Shown here: positions 50,092 to 60,375 of the stretch, one piece after another
Position numbering within the stretch: position 1 is the stretch's first letter
How the letters are laid out: each line of letters begins with the position of its first letter
Assembly (NCBI GenBank): GCA_000092065.1
Contig: CP000594.1
Reading direction: 5' to 3' (one strand)
Origin: Ostreococcus lucimarinus
Lineage: Eukaryota
Length of the DNA: 64,000 nt
The notes under the pieces: model-generated
What the model was told of the DNA's origin: nothing
Database searches by the model: none
What the model saw: the letters and a program-made list of their open reading frames with translations, nothing else
Translations under genes and position numbers: made by a program

Positions 50092-52953
50092 ATGTCCACC
50101 GGATGGCTCCGAGGCGTCGTCAAAGCCGTCCCCAGCGGTGATCAAGTCATCATCGCCGCACCGTGCGCGCCAGGGGTGCGTTCGCGCGCCGTACCGACCG
50201 ATTTCGTCGCGCGATGTCGACGCGACGGTTGCCCGATCGCGCGAAACTGACCACTCTCGCGACGATTCTCGCGCTCGCAGGCCCCGCCCGGCGTCGAAAA
50301 AACGCTCACGCTCGCCGGTATCGTCGCGCCGCGTCTCGGTCGCCGCGACGGGTCGAGCGCGGACGAGGCGTTCGCGCGCGAGTCGAGGGCGTCGCTGCGG
50401 CGCGCGCTCGCGGGACGACGCGTGTCGTTTCGCGTCGAGTACGCGGTGGAGTCGATAAATCGCGAGTTCGGCGTCGTGTTCACGGAGAGCGGGGAAAACG
50501 TGAGCGTGATGCAAGTGTCTAAGGGGCTGGCCAAGGTGAAGGCGCCCGGGGGGAACGATCGAGCGGTGGCGAACGCGGAGGAGTTGGAACGACGCGAACT
50601 CGAGGCGCGAGAAGCCGAGGCGGGGATGTGGAGTAAGGATCCCGCGGTGCTCGCGGCGGCGAGTCAGCGAACGGTCGTGCAGGCGATGAAAGCGGAGGAC
50701 GTGCTGGGTGCGTTGCGGATGAAACCGACGCCCGCGGTGGTGGATTACGTGCTGAACGGTGGGACGGTGAAGCTTGTGCTGACGGGGGACGGCGCGACGC
50801 GCGATCAGAATATCACGTTGTCTATCGGTGGGATTTCAGTGCCGTCCGTCGGGCGCAAGGGGGCGAAGAACGAAGATGGGACAGATCAAGGTCCAGAGCC
50901 GTTCGCGCTCGCGGCGAAGCATTTCACGGAGATGGCGCTCCTGCATCGAGACGTGCGGGTGATTTTGGAAGGTCTCGATCGTCGTAATAATTTCATCGGT
51001 TCAATCTTGCCCGCGGACGTGAACGATACGTCGTTCGTGAACGTCGGCGAAGAGTTGTGTCGGCTAGGTCTCGCGCAAGTGCACGAGGCGAGTGCGGCGG
51101 CGTTGATCGGTGGCGCGGCGACGCTTCGCGCGGCGGAGAAGATGGCCAAGGATCAGCAGTTGCGACTTTGGCATGGATACGTCCCGCCAATATCTTCCTT
51201 GAACGCGATGACGACGAAAGTCTTCGATGCCAGAGTAGTAGAAGTCATCAGCGGTGATTGCATTTCCGTGGTGCCGACGTCAGGGCCGGATACGTCTGAG
51301 AGACGAATCAATCTGTCGTCGATTCGGGCGCCTAGAATTTCCAACTCACGAGATGACAAGTCCAATCACGAACCTTGGGCGATAGAGGCAAAAGAGTTTT
51401 TGATCTCGCGTCTGATCGGGCGCACCGTATCGATTAATATGGATTACGCACGCAAGATTGGAGAAGGTGCGAACGAACGAACGTTGCACTTCGCCACGGT
51501 GAAGCTGCCAAACAACAAGACGGGCGGTGACCCGCTCAACGTTTCAGAGATGCTTCTCATGCGCGGTTTCGCGTCGTGCATTCGTCACCGTTCTGAGGAA
51601 GAACGTGCGGCAGACTACGATGAGCTCATCGCGGCGGAAAAGAAGGGCGTGGAGAGCAAAAAGGGAATGCACAACAAGAATCGCGAGGCGCCTGTACACA
51701 GGACGAATGATTTTAGCATCAACGCGCATAAGGCGAAGACGTTTTTGCCGTTTTTGCAACGCGCGGGTAAGTGCGTCGCTATGGTAGACTACGTCGCCGC
51801 TGGACACAAAATTCGAGTTTCAATTCCCAAAGAAGGCGCGGTGATCGCCTTTTGCTTGGCGGGCGTTCGCTGTCCCCAGCGCGACGAGCCGTACGCCGCC
51901 GAGGCGTTGGCGTACACGCGTTCTCGAATTCTTCAGCGAGAGGTGGAAATCGTGGTAGACTCCGTGGATAGAACTGGAATTTTCCTTGGCACCTTATTTG
52001 CGGACAACGGGCGATTAAATCTCGGTGAAGAACTCCTTCGAGCCGGATTAGGAAGCTTGCACCCGGCGTTCCCGGTGGATCGCGTTCACTACGGTCGCGC
52101 GCTCGCGGACATTGAAGCCGCGGCACGGGAAGTCAAGGCTGGTTTATGGAAAGACTGGACCCCTCCGATCGTCGAAGTAGACGGGCCTGAGGATAGTTCG
52201 ACCGGCGAACTCGTGCGAGTCGGCGTCACCGAGTGCGTCGCCGGGGGCCGATTCTTCGTGCAGAAGTTAGATGGGAGTAAGATTCAAGAGGTCACGGACA
52301 AACTCGCCGAGCTTTACGACGGCGTGGACACGAGCAAGCCGCACGATGGCGTGTTCGAACCAAAGCCTGGCGATGCCGTCGCCGCCAAGTTCACCGGAGA
52401 TGACAAGTGGGCGAGAGCCATCGTCACCGCGAAGCGCGTCGGTGATAAGCCCGTCAGCGTCTTCTACTGCGACTTTGGCAACGTCGAGGACATCGGTTTC
52501 AATCGTCTTCGACCTTTGAAGGATCCAACGGTCACCACAGTTGCTATCCCACCCATGGCCAACTTCTGCGCGCTTTCCTTCCTCAAGATTCCTCGCATCG
52601 ATTCCGATTACGGCTACGCCGCCGCTTCGCACGTCGGCAAACTCATCTCTGGCCAGGCTTTCCACGCCCGAATCGACGCCCGCGATCGTTTCCCCACCAC
52701 AAAACCATGGGAAATCGACGCACAGCCCGCGTTCTCGCTCACATTATTCCCCGACGCCAACGCTCGCGCCGCTGAATCCGTCGCCCTCGACCTCCTTCGC
52801 GCCGGCTTTGCGCGCGTCCACCGCCGCGCCGCCGCCCGTCGTCTCGATCGCGACGTCTTCGACGCCATGGTCGACGCCCAGGAGTCCGCGCGTCGCGCGA
52901 GGGTCGGTCAGTGGGAGTACGGCGACGTCGATTCCGACGACGACGCGTCTTAG
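50092..52953 (+). CDS. SND1: Tudor-SN (SND1): four staphylococcal-nuclease-like domains plus a Tudor domain. Two exons: 50092..50175 and 50281..52953, with a 105-nt intron 50176..50280.
   Basis: Exon 1 MSTGWLRGVVKAVPSGDQVIIAAPCAPG matches the SND1 N-terminus (RGIVKMVLSGCAIIVRG...). Donor GTGCGT. Branch ACTGAC at 50247-50252. 3' splice site GCAG. Exon 2 starts APPGVEKTLTLAGIVAPRLGRR...DEAFARESRASLRRALAGRRVSFRVEY... and includes the Tudor segment KPGDAVAAKFTGDDKWARAIVTAKRVGDKPVSVFYCDFGNVEDI. Stop TAG at 52951-52953. Confidence 0.85.
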
Positions 52954-53104
52954 CCTTGTAATCGCGTTCGCGTCTCCCGTCGCGTTTGAACGCGCCGCGC
53001 AGGCCGCGCCAAAACCCTGTTCTGGATAAGAAAAGCGAACAACGACGCGCGCGCGCCGCACACCGCGTCGCGCGACGCCGCCCGTCGGCGCGCACACGAC
53101 GACG

Positions 53105-54565
53105 ATGCACTCGCACGCGATGCGCGCGCGCGCGCCGCGCCCGCGCGCGAGCTCGCGCGCGTCGACGCTCGAAAGCGCGCGCCGAGGCCGATGCGACGGG
53201 ACGGGACGACGCGCGCTCGGACGCGTCGCGCGAAGCGCGAAGCGCGGCGACGGCGTCGCGACGCGCGCGCAGGGCGACGTCGACCTGCTGAATCACCTGG
53301 GAAAGAAGCGCGTGGTGATCACGGGGATGGGGGCGGTGACGGCGCACGGGGACGACGTGGATGAGATGTACGAAAAGCTGTGCCGAGGGGAGAGCGCGAT
53401 CGCGACGATCGATAAATGGGACACCGGAGAGATCGGAACGAAGTTCGCGGGGGAGATAAAAGCGTTCGATTGTGGGGATTATATGAATAAAAAGATGGCG
53501 CGCAGGGTGGATCCGTACATTGCGTACATGATCGTCGCGGCGAAGCGAGCGCTGGAGTCGGCAAAGGTGAACTGGAACGACGAGTCGGGGGAACATTACG
53601 TCGATAAAGCGTTGAGTGGATGTCTGATTGGTAGTGCGATGGGGGGGATGCAAACATTCGCGACGGCCACGGAGAATCTCGTGACGCAGGGACACAGAAA
53701 GATGAACCCGTTTTGCATTCCGTTTGCGATTACGAATATGGGAAGCGCGCTGACGGCGATGGATATTGGATTCATGGGGCCGAATTATTCGATCGCGTCC
53801 GCGTGTGCGACGGGCAACTTTTGCATCTTGAATAGCATCATGCACATTCAAAACGGAGAGGCGAACTTGATGCTCGCCGGGGCGAGCGACGCGGCTGTCA
53901 TTCCCATCGGTATGGCGGGTTTCTCCGCGGCGAAGGCGTTGAGCACGCGCAACGATGACCCCGCGGCGGCTTCGAGACCGTGGGACGCGAACCGAGACGG
54001 ATTCGTTATGGGTGAAGGTGCGGGCGTTCTCGTACTCGAATCTTTGGAAAGCGCATTGGCGCGCGGTGCGCCCATCGTAGCTGAAGTTTTGGGCGGGTTT
54101 GCGACGTGTGACGCTCACCACATGACTGAGCCTCGACCGGATGGCGTGGGCGTCAACTTTGCCATCGACAAGGCGCTCGAGATGACTGGCGTGAAGGCGG
54201 AAGATGTCAACTACATCAACGCTCACGCCACGTCCACGCCGGCCGGCGATATGGCGGAACTCCGTGTGTTGCAAAAGAAGTTCAAGGCGTCGGGGGCGAA
54301 GATTAATAGCACCAAGAGCTTGATCGGGCACTTGCTCGGCGCAGCTTCCGCCGTCGAAGCCGTCGTATGCATCAAAGCCATCACTAGCGGCGAAGTTCAC
54401 CCCAACAAGAACCTCGAAACCCCAGATGAAGGCGTTGACACCTCGATGTTGGTTGGCACAACGAGAGAAAAGCTCGACGTGAAGGTTGCTTTGTCCAATT
54501 CTTTTGGCTTTGGCGGGCATAACTCGGCGGTCCTGTTCGCTCCGTACAAGCCTAAACGCTCGTAA
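53105..54565 (+). CDS. KAS2: 3-oxoacyl-[acyl-carrier-protein] synthase II (KAS II / FabF-type) with a plastid-type presequence.
   Basis: KRVVITGMGAVTAHG...YMIVAAKRALESA...SIASACATGNFCILNSIMHI (active-site Cys)...NAHATSTPAGD...KSLIGHLLGAASAVEAV (His-His)...SNSFGFGGHNSAVLF. The start is uncertain (first ATG 53105). Confidence 0.85.
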   Translation: MHSHAMRARAPRPRASSRASTLESARRGRCDGTGRRALGRVARSAKRGDGVATRAQGDVDLLNHLGKKRVVITGMGAVTAHGDDVDEMYEKLCRGESAIATIDKWDTGEIGTKFAGEIKAFDCGDYMNKKMARRVDPYIAYMIVAAKRALESAKVNWNDESGEHYVDKALSGCLIGSAMGGMQTFATATENLVTQGHRKMNPFCIPFAITNMGSALTAMDIGFMGPNYSIASACATGNFCILNSIMHIQNGEANLMLAGASDAAVIPIGMAGFSAAKALSTRNDDPAAASRPWDANRDGFVMGEGAGVLVLESLESALARGAPIVAEVLGGFATCDAHHMTEPRPDGVGVNFAIDKALEMTGVKAEDVNYINAHATSTPAGDMAELRVLQKKFKASGAKINSTKSLIGHLLGAASAVEAVVCIKAITSGEVHPNKNLETPDEGVDTSMLVGTTREKLDVKVALSNSFGFGGHNSAVLFAPYKPKRS

Positions 54566-54662
54566 ACGACGCTTGATAATGTTATAAGAACTAGTCACCT
54601 GAATCACCGAACGTTCCTTCGTGCGTGCGCTTATATTTGATTGCCTAACGTATTGCAAATTG

Positions 54663-57600
54663 CTAAAAAATCAAATCAAGACCAAATACGGCGCTGATGA
54701 CAAATAATACACCGAAGGCGAGCGCGACGGCGCTCGATCCACGAGCGATATAGCTCACAAACTTGGGATTATTCTTCTCCAACGCTGCCGTACCCGCACC
54801 AATGCAGTACGTGTACGTCCCCATGGCGATAATGGTTCCGATGAAGAACGTCGCCAAAAAAGAAATCGCCTCGACGCGAGGGAGCGCCAGGGCAGGTAAA
54901 AGCAGAAACAATGAATCCGGTTGTAATCCATGGATGGTGCCAGTAATATACGTCCATGAGATGAAGCTGCTATCGCGCTTCGCGGGCACATCGCTCCCAT
55001 GCGAGTGCGAATGCGAGTGTGAGTGTGAGTGTGAATGTGAGTGCGAGTGACCGCCCATGCTTTCCCAAAAGCCAATAGCGCCAATAATAATGAGCGTCAA
55101 ACCGACGATTCCTTGTCCAAACTGACCGATAACTTCCAAGTTGAGCGGTAATTTATCCCTCAAAGCGATGAAAATACATCCAAATAAAATTTGACCCGTG
55201 TTATGCCCGAGCCCCCAAAGCGCGCCCATCAACGCGTTTTGCGCTCTGCTCGGTCCCACTGTCAGTGGCGTGAGTGCCGCTAAGTGGTCTGGCCCCGTGA
55301 GCGTGTGCAAGCAACCGGCTAATAGACCAGCCCATGCAGACTTAAACGCCGTGATTACGCTCATCCAGTGTGCGACGTGCAAATGTTTGACCCAAATGGC
55401 AATCGCTTCGCTGCACACCGAGTACGCTGCGCCCAAGCAACAAAACACGGTGAACGTCGTGAGGGCCACGGTAGTACTCTTGGACAACGGCTGTCGCCCG
55501 AACGTGACAAGCAAACGCACTGAGTTCATCGCCACCATGAGGGTCGCGCCTTCGTGCAGCAATACCGCCAACCATAGCGGAAACGCGCCGAAGAGAGCGG
55601 GAATAGCTGACCCCAAGATTGATACCACGGCGAGTGCGATGTTTTGTCGTAAAGTGCGTCGCGTGCGCTCGGCGATGGAAAACAGCTCTGGTAATTGAGA
55701 GATGCCTCCTTCGTCTTTAGTGAGCAACAGTACATCCGCCGCACTCGCGGCGGCATCGCTCGGCGTCGACGCGATGGCGACGCCGACATCCGCGGCGGCG
55801 AGCGCTGGGGCATCGTTGATACCATCGCCAACCATGGCCACGCGAGGATATTGCTTGGATTTCACGCGCTCTCGCATTGATTCAACCAGTGCAAGCTTTT
55901 GAGACGGAGTCAATCCGGCGTGTACGTCTTCCGGTTTCAACTTGATCTCCTCAGCCATGGCTATGGCGCTCGTCTTGTTGTCGCCCGTGAGCATGGCCAA
56001 CTCCATACCCGTCGAGTCGCTCGCCACCTCCCACCATCTCCGTCGGCACTTGCCAGTACGCAGGGACTCGATGGCATCGGGCGCCTGCAAATTAAGCGTA
56101 TCACTAAACCTAAACAGCGCCGGGCTTTCGCCCTCAATCGCGAGCACAGAGAGCACTTCGCCCTCTTGCGCGATGACCTCGGCGGAGCATTCCGCAGCGC
56201 CAGTGTTACACAGCTCGAGCGCAAACTCGGAGCTACCGAATCGCGCACGCTTGCCGTCGATCGTGCCTTCCACACCACTCCCCGCGATGACTTTGTAATC
56301 CGTCACGGGACCGACGTCTGGCAAAATGATCCCCCGCGCCGCTTGCGTCACCGCGGCGGCAATCGGGTGGGACGAACCGCGTTCGAGGCTCAGCGCGTAC
56401 GCCAGAGCCTTGACTGACGCGCTCGGAGCAGTGTCGTGTTGCGCACCGTCTTCAAATTGTGTGATATTCGTGCAGCTCATTTGCCCCGTCGTGATGGTTC
56501 CCGTCTTATCGAGCGCCACCGCGCCGACTTCGGCCAAAGCGTCGAGAGTCAAGCCGCCTCGAATGAGCACACCTCGCCGAGCCATGGCCCCGATGGCCGC
56601 CACGTACACGAGCGGCGACATCAACAATGCACACGGCGCTGCGGAGGATAAAAACGCAAAGCTGCGATACATGGCACCGCCGCGACCCAAAAATGGAATC
56701 CCGAGCACCATCGGCGCCGCGGCCATGGTAATAAAGGTGATGGCCAATATCGCCTTACTGTAGCGGTCTCCTATGCTATCGATCAATCGTGAGACTTTCG
56801 GACGACGCCGCTGCGCAGCCTCGGTGAGTCGCGCGATTCGCGCCGGTGTGCTCTCCTCGCTCGATCTCAAGCTCTTCACCACGAGCACGCCGTCGGTGTT
56901 CATCGCGCCGGCGGGAATCTCATCGCCGTATCTCTTCATCACCGGCAAAGCCTCACCGGTGATGTGTTGAATGCTCACTAACGCGCTGCCGTGGACAACC
57001 ATACCATCCAACGGCACTTGCTGTCCAGCCTTGACGAAAATCATCGTCCCAACGTCGACGTCCGCCGCGGGCATCTCTCGGAGCGTCGTCAAATCCGGCG
57101 TCCCATCGGCGAGCAACTGCACGACGTCCGCCGTCGTGGGCACCGTGCCCCACAACGCCTTCAAATCCCCCCGAGCGTGCAGCGTCAATCGATCCTCCAC
57201 GAAGTGCGCCAGGGCGAAGAGCACCAAGAGCAGCGCGCCCTCCATCGCGCACCCCAAGAGCACGGTGCCGAACACGGCCAACGTCGTGAGCACGTGAATG
57301 TTCACGTTCCCCACCGCGAGCTCGTACGTCACGTCCACAAACTCGGGCGTCCCCGCCAACACGTAAACCAGAATCGTGCACACCCGACTGACGTTCGCCG
57401 CCATCGTCGTCTCCACCAATCCGCCGCCGCCGACGTGCGTCGCCACGTGCGCCGCCCCCGCGACGAGAAACAGCGCCCACGACACCACCGCCACCGCCGC
57501 GTTCCCGCGCAGGAAATCCGCCACCGCGTGCAAACCAGTGGCGTTAAACATCGCATCCAGCGCCCTCTCCGTGCGTCCGCGCGGTGCAAACTCCCCGGAG

Positions 57601-58055
57601 CTCGTCGCCGCCATCATCCCCGCCTGCGACACGAACTCGTCCTCGTCCGCGCTCATCGCGCCGTCCATCGCCCGCGCGCCCCGCGCCTTACCGCACGAGT
57701 GCCCACAACACGAGTGAAATTCCCCACCGTGCGCCCGCGCGCGCTCGAAACCGCGTCGACCGCCTTCCCCGCGCGTCCGCGTCCCGCGTCCCGCGTCCAC
57801 CCTCGCGAACCTCCCCCCCCGCGCCCCCACGACGCGCGCGCGCTCGCGATTCGACGCCGCGCGCGCGCTCGACGCGTCCATCCGCGCGCTCGCGCGCGTC
57901 CGGTCGCATCTGTCTCGCGCGCGCGTCCCCGTCGCCGCCCCCGTCGCCGTCGCCGCGCGCGCGACAACGATGCGCGTCGCCGTCGTCGCGCGTCCGCGCG
58001 CGCGCGGCGCGCCCGCGAGCGCGCGCGGCGAGGGCGCGATCGCGTGCGCGCGCAT
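54663..58055 (-). CDS. HMA1: P1B-type heavy-metal ATPase (HMA1-like, 'APC' motif). It is fused, via a (HS)8 linker, to a C-terminal HupE/UreJ-like Ni/Co permease domain. N-terminal presequence and a His/Cys-rich metal-binding stretch.
   Basis: ATPase motifs: SSAAPCALLMSP (TM6 xPC), DKTGTITTG, SSHPIA, MVGDGINDAPALAAADVGVA. N-terminal HGGEFHSCCGHSCG. After the last ATPase TM, with no stop, comes GCLHTLTGPDHLAALTPL...GHNTGQ... then GGHSHSHSHSHSHSHSHSHG, then GTIHGLQPDSLFLLLPALA... These are two HupE/UreJ-like repeats (H-x-L-x-G-PDH signature). Single ORF of 1130 aa. Confidence 0.8.
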   Translation of the reverse strand: MRAHAIAPSPRALAGAPRARGRATTATRIVVARAATATGAATGTRARDRCDRTRASARMDASSARAASNRERARVVGARGGRFARVDAGRGTRTRGEGGRRGFERARAHGGEFHSCCGHSCGKARGARAMDGAMSADEDEFVSQAGMMAATSSGEFAPRGRTERALDAMFNATGLHAVADFLRGNAAVAVVSWALFLVAGAAHVATHVGGGGLVETTMAANVSRVCTILVYVLAGTPEFVDVTYELAVGNVNIHVLTTLAVFGTVLLGCAMEGALLLVLFALAHFVEDRLTLHARGDLKALWGTVPTTADVVQLLADGTPDLTTLREMPAADVDVGTMIFVKAGQQVPLDGMVVHGSALVSIQHITGEALPVMKRYGDEIPAGAMNTDGVLVVKSLRSSEESTPARIARLTEAAQRRRPKVSRLIDSIGDRYSKAILAITFITMAAAPMVLGIPFLGRGGAMYRSFAFLSSAAPCALLMSPLVYVAAIGAMARRGVLIRGGLTLDALAEVGAVALDKTGTITTGQMSCTNITQFEDGAQHDTAPSASVKALAYALSLERGSSHPIAAAVTQAARGIILPDVGPVTDYKVIAGSGVEGTIDGKRARFGSSEFALELCNTGAAECSAEVIAQEGEVLSVLAIEGESPALFRFSDTLNLQAPDAIESLRTGKCRRRWWEVASDSTGMELAMLTGDNKTSAIAMAEEIKLKPEDVHAGLTPSQKLALVESMRERVKSKQYPRVAMVGDGINDAPALAAADVGVAIASTPSDAAASAADVLLLTKDEGGISQLPELFSIAERTRRTLRQNIALAVVSILGSAIPALFGAFPLWLAVLLHEGATLMVAMNSVRLLVTFGRQPLSKSTTVALTTFTVFCCLGAAYSVCSEAIAIWVKHLHVAHWMSVITAFKSAWAGLLAGCLHTLTGPDHLAALTPLTVGPSRAQNALMGALWGLGHNTGQILFGCIFIALRDKLPLNLEVIGQFGQGIVGLTLIIIGAIGFWESMGGHSHSHSHSHSHSHSHSHGSDVPAKRDSSFISWTYITGTIHGLQPDSLFLLLPALALPRVEAISFLATFFIGTIIAMGTYTYCIGAGTAALEKNNPKFVSYIARGSSAVALAFGVLFVISAVFGLDLIF
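55001..55050 (-). repeat. Imperfect hexanucleotide repeat (CACTCG/CACATT)n on the coding strand, encoding the (His-Ser)8 linker in the ATPase-permease fusion.
   Basis: The plus strand reads gcgagtgcgaatgcgagtgtgagtgtgagtgtgaatgtgagtgcgagtga. Confidence 0.75.
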
Positions 58056-58477
58056 CGTTCGACGCGCGCGTCCCGGACGCGGCGCGCGCGGGCGTGTGAC
58101 GCGCGTCGCGACGCGATCGGACGCGCGCTAGGGAAGCCGCGCGTTCGCGGCCGACGATCGCGCCCGTAATCGCCATTTCGCGACGCCCGACATGGATTTA
58201 TTTCGGGACGCGCGCGTGGAGATGATAGGTTTAAAACGTCCTCGAACGCGCGTCGGAGGCGCACTTTTCGCGCGCGCGGGCGATGGATGCGCGCGCGTCG
58301 ACGACGCGGGGGGCGCGCGCGGCAGAGCGCGGCGGGTCGCGACGGCGACGGCGACGGCGCGGACGGTCGCGGCGAAGCCCGGACGAAGGCGCGTCGACGC
58401 GCGCGCGGCGCGCGGACGCGAGCGACGCGACGCGCGGTCGACGAGAGGCGTGAGTTCGAGTTGGGTGTTGACGGTGG

Positions 58478-59860
58478 ATGTTGACGACGGCGATGGCGTC
58501 GTTTTCGAGCGAGGCGCTTCGCGCGTGGCGCGCGGGGGACGAGGAAGACGCGCGCGAACGCGCGGCGTTGATCGCGGCGAGCTCGGGGGCGGAGTGCGGC
58601 GCGAATGGGGCGCGGGGGGGGGGCGACGACGGCGGCGCGAGGGCGAGCGCGCGAGGACGACGCGCGCTCGCGGCGGCGGCGTGCGTCGCGGCGCTGGTGG
58701 GCTTGGGGGCGTGCGCGCGCGCGCACGGTGCGGAGATGAGCGGGCGCGAGCGTGGGGTGCGCGCGGCGGCGCTCGGTGGGGAGGCGCGTTCGGGCGGGAC
58801 GCGGCGGCGCGGCGCGCCGAGACGCGCCGCGCCGAGACGCGCCGCGGCCGCCGCGGCCGCCGTCGGGCAGAGCGAAGCCGAGAGCGGTCTAGTGGTGTTT
58901 AATGAAGCGCCGGAGTATACGTGCGCGAAACGGAATAAAGCTTTGAGAGAGGCTGCTTACGCCGCGAGGATGGGGTCGCCGTGGACGCCGGGGTGTCACT
59001 CAAAGCTAGGCGAGGAGGGGTGCACGAAGATTTCAGACGCCGGCGCGCGACTGGCGGCGTTGAGCGATCACGTGTACGTCATCTGCATGAAGTGCGATAA
59101 AATAGTGCTCCCATTGCAGTGGGCGGGGAAGGTGACGACGGTGCACGGCGCCGACATCGATCCGTGCTACGGGCGCGCGGCCGCGGATCACTGGCACAAG
59201 GCGTCGATGTCGCACGTGCACGCGCTCCTCGACGCCGTCAAGTACCAGTACAAGACGGTGACCATCGTCGAAGAAGATGCGATAACGGTTTCACCCGATC
59301 GCGTGGACGCCAACGCGGGGTTCGACATCGACGGCTTAGAGCACGCGATCAAGAATGACTCGAGTTGGAACACCGTTCGCGTGGGTTACAGACCATTCTT
59401 TTTCGAGCAACAGTCTGCAAACGTCCCAGTCGGTTCGACACCGCATTACGCCTGCCCGCTGGCGTGTAAGTGCCACGAAACGACGGCGAAAAACGCGTGC
59501 ATCGTGCGCGAGAATGGATGTGACATGCGAAGCAGCGACTTTTACATGATTCGCATGTCGCAGTCGCGCGCCATCAGAAAAACCGTCGGCGCGGGGAGCA
59601 CGATCGACATGGAAGCTTTACGCAACGTGCATCATCAAATGTACGTGTTGCCGCAGCTCAGCTACCAAGCGAACCTCGATCGCACGCGCGAGCAGCAAGT
59701 GAATATGGCTCGACGATTCAGAGACTTGTGCTTTGTGCCGAAAACTCCGTCCGACGAAGTCGTGCAAGACGCGGCGACGGCGGAGCGCGAGTACGAAGAG
59801 CGAGTGAGCACCATCGAGTCCGCGGACTCGACGCGATATATCACCAAACCACAACGATAA
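58478..59860 (+). CDS. Hypothetical membrane-anchored protein, possibly a glycosyltransferase-like type-II protein; function unknown.
   Basis: Hydrophobic anchor (LAAAACVAALVGLGACA) after a low-complexity N-terminus. The ~330-aa C-terminal region has protein-like composition and many Cys. Start uncertain. Confidence 0.4.
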   Translation: MLTTAMASFSSEALRAWRAGDEEDARERAALIAASSGAECGANGARGGGDDGGARASARGRRALAAAACVAALVGLGACARAHGAEMSGRERGVRAAALGGEARSGGTRRRGAPRRAAPRRAAAAAAAVGQSEAESGLVVFNEAPEYTCAKRNKALREAAYAARMGSPWTPGCHSKLGEEGCTKISDAGARLAALSDHVYVICMKCDKIVLPLQWAGKVTTVHGADIDPCYGRAAADHWHKASMSHVHALLDAVKYQYKTVTIVEEDAITVSPDRVDANAGFDIDGLEHAIKNDSSWNTVRVGYRPFFFEQQSANVPVGSTPHYACPLACKCHETTAKNACIVRENGCDMRSSDFYMIRMSQSRAIRKTVGAGSTIDMEALRNVHHQMYVLPQLSYQANLDRTREQQVNMARRFRDLCFVPKTPSDEVVQDAATAEREYEERVSTIESADSTRYITKPQR

Positions 59861-59978
59861 CCACTCAGCTCGCGTCCATCGATTGTAGTCTCACGAGAGC
59901 CACTTAGCGAACGTCGCGCCGCCGCTCGACCTCGCCGCGCGCCGCGCGCCCGACCCTCCCCACTCCGCGGCGCGCGTC

Positions 59979-60221
59979 ATGGTCTTCGCCACCGCCGCCG
60001 CCCTCGCCCGTCGCGCCCGTCGCGTCGGTTTCAACGCCCTCACGACGAAGCTCGCCAAGAAGGGTTTCTACAAGGGCAAGGGCGCCGTCTCTCCCGGCGT
60101 CCGCACGCGCACCGGCCGGTTCAAGGTCGTCCCGTGGAAGCGTCCCGAGTACGTCGTCCCCGCCAGCGCGCACGGCGTCAGCGCGTTCGCGCCCTACGTC
60201 GAGCGCGCGAGCGTCAAGTGA
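59979..60221 (+). CDS. Mitochondrial ribosomal protein mL41 (MRPL41/MRPL27 family), 80 aa.
   Basis: LAKKGFYKGKGAVSPGVRTRTGRFKVVPWKRPEYVVPASAHGVSAFAPYV parallels MRPL41 (KRGPRTFRGRKGRGAKGIG...VPEFVVPDLTGFKLKPYVS). N-terminal presequence-like MVFATAAALARRARR. Confidence 0.5.
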   Translation: MVFATAAALARRARRVGFNALTTKLAKKGFYKGKGAVSPGVRTRTGRFKVVPWKRPEYVVPASAHGVSAFAPYVERASVK

Positions 60222-60313
60222 TCGCGCGCGCGCGTCGATCGATCGCGCGCGCGCGCGCGTTCGCGCGCGCGCGGTTTGTAATTCATTCGTAGCGTCCTAG
60301 TCGTCGTCACACG

Positions 60314-60320
<7 letters not shown>

Positions 60321-60346
<26 letters not shown>

Positions 60347-60375
60347 ACGCGACGCGACGCGACGCGACGCGACGC
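60321..60375 (+). repeat. (GACGC)11 pentanucleotide microsatellite immediately upstream of the ATG at 60376.
   Basis: Eleven perfect tandem GACGC units, visible directly. Confidence 0.85.

Noticed and set aside
56991-58726. 392-aa (+) and 357-aa (-) Arg-rich ORFs
   Set aside because: Antisense to the P-type ATPase gene or located in the GC-rich spacer upstream of it. Amino-acid composition is not protein-like.
60321-60375. Possible CRISPR-like short repeat array (GACGC)n
   Set aside because: The units are 5 bp with no spacers. This is a simple microsatellite in a eukaryotic context, not a CRISPR array.
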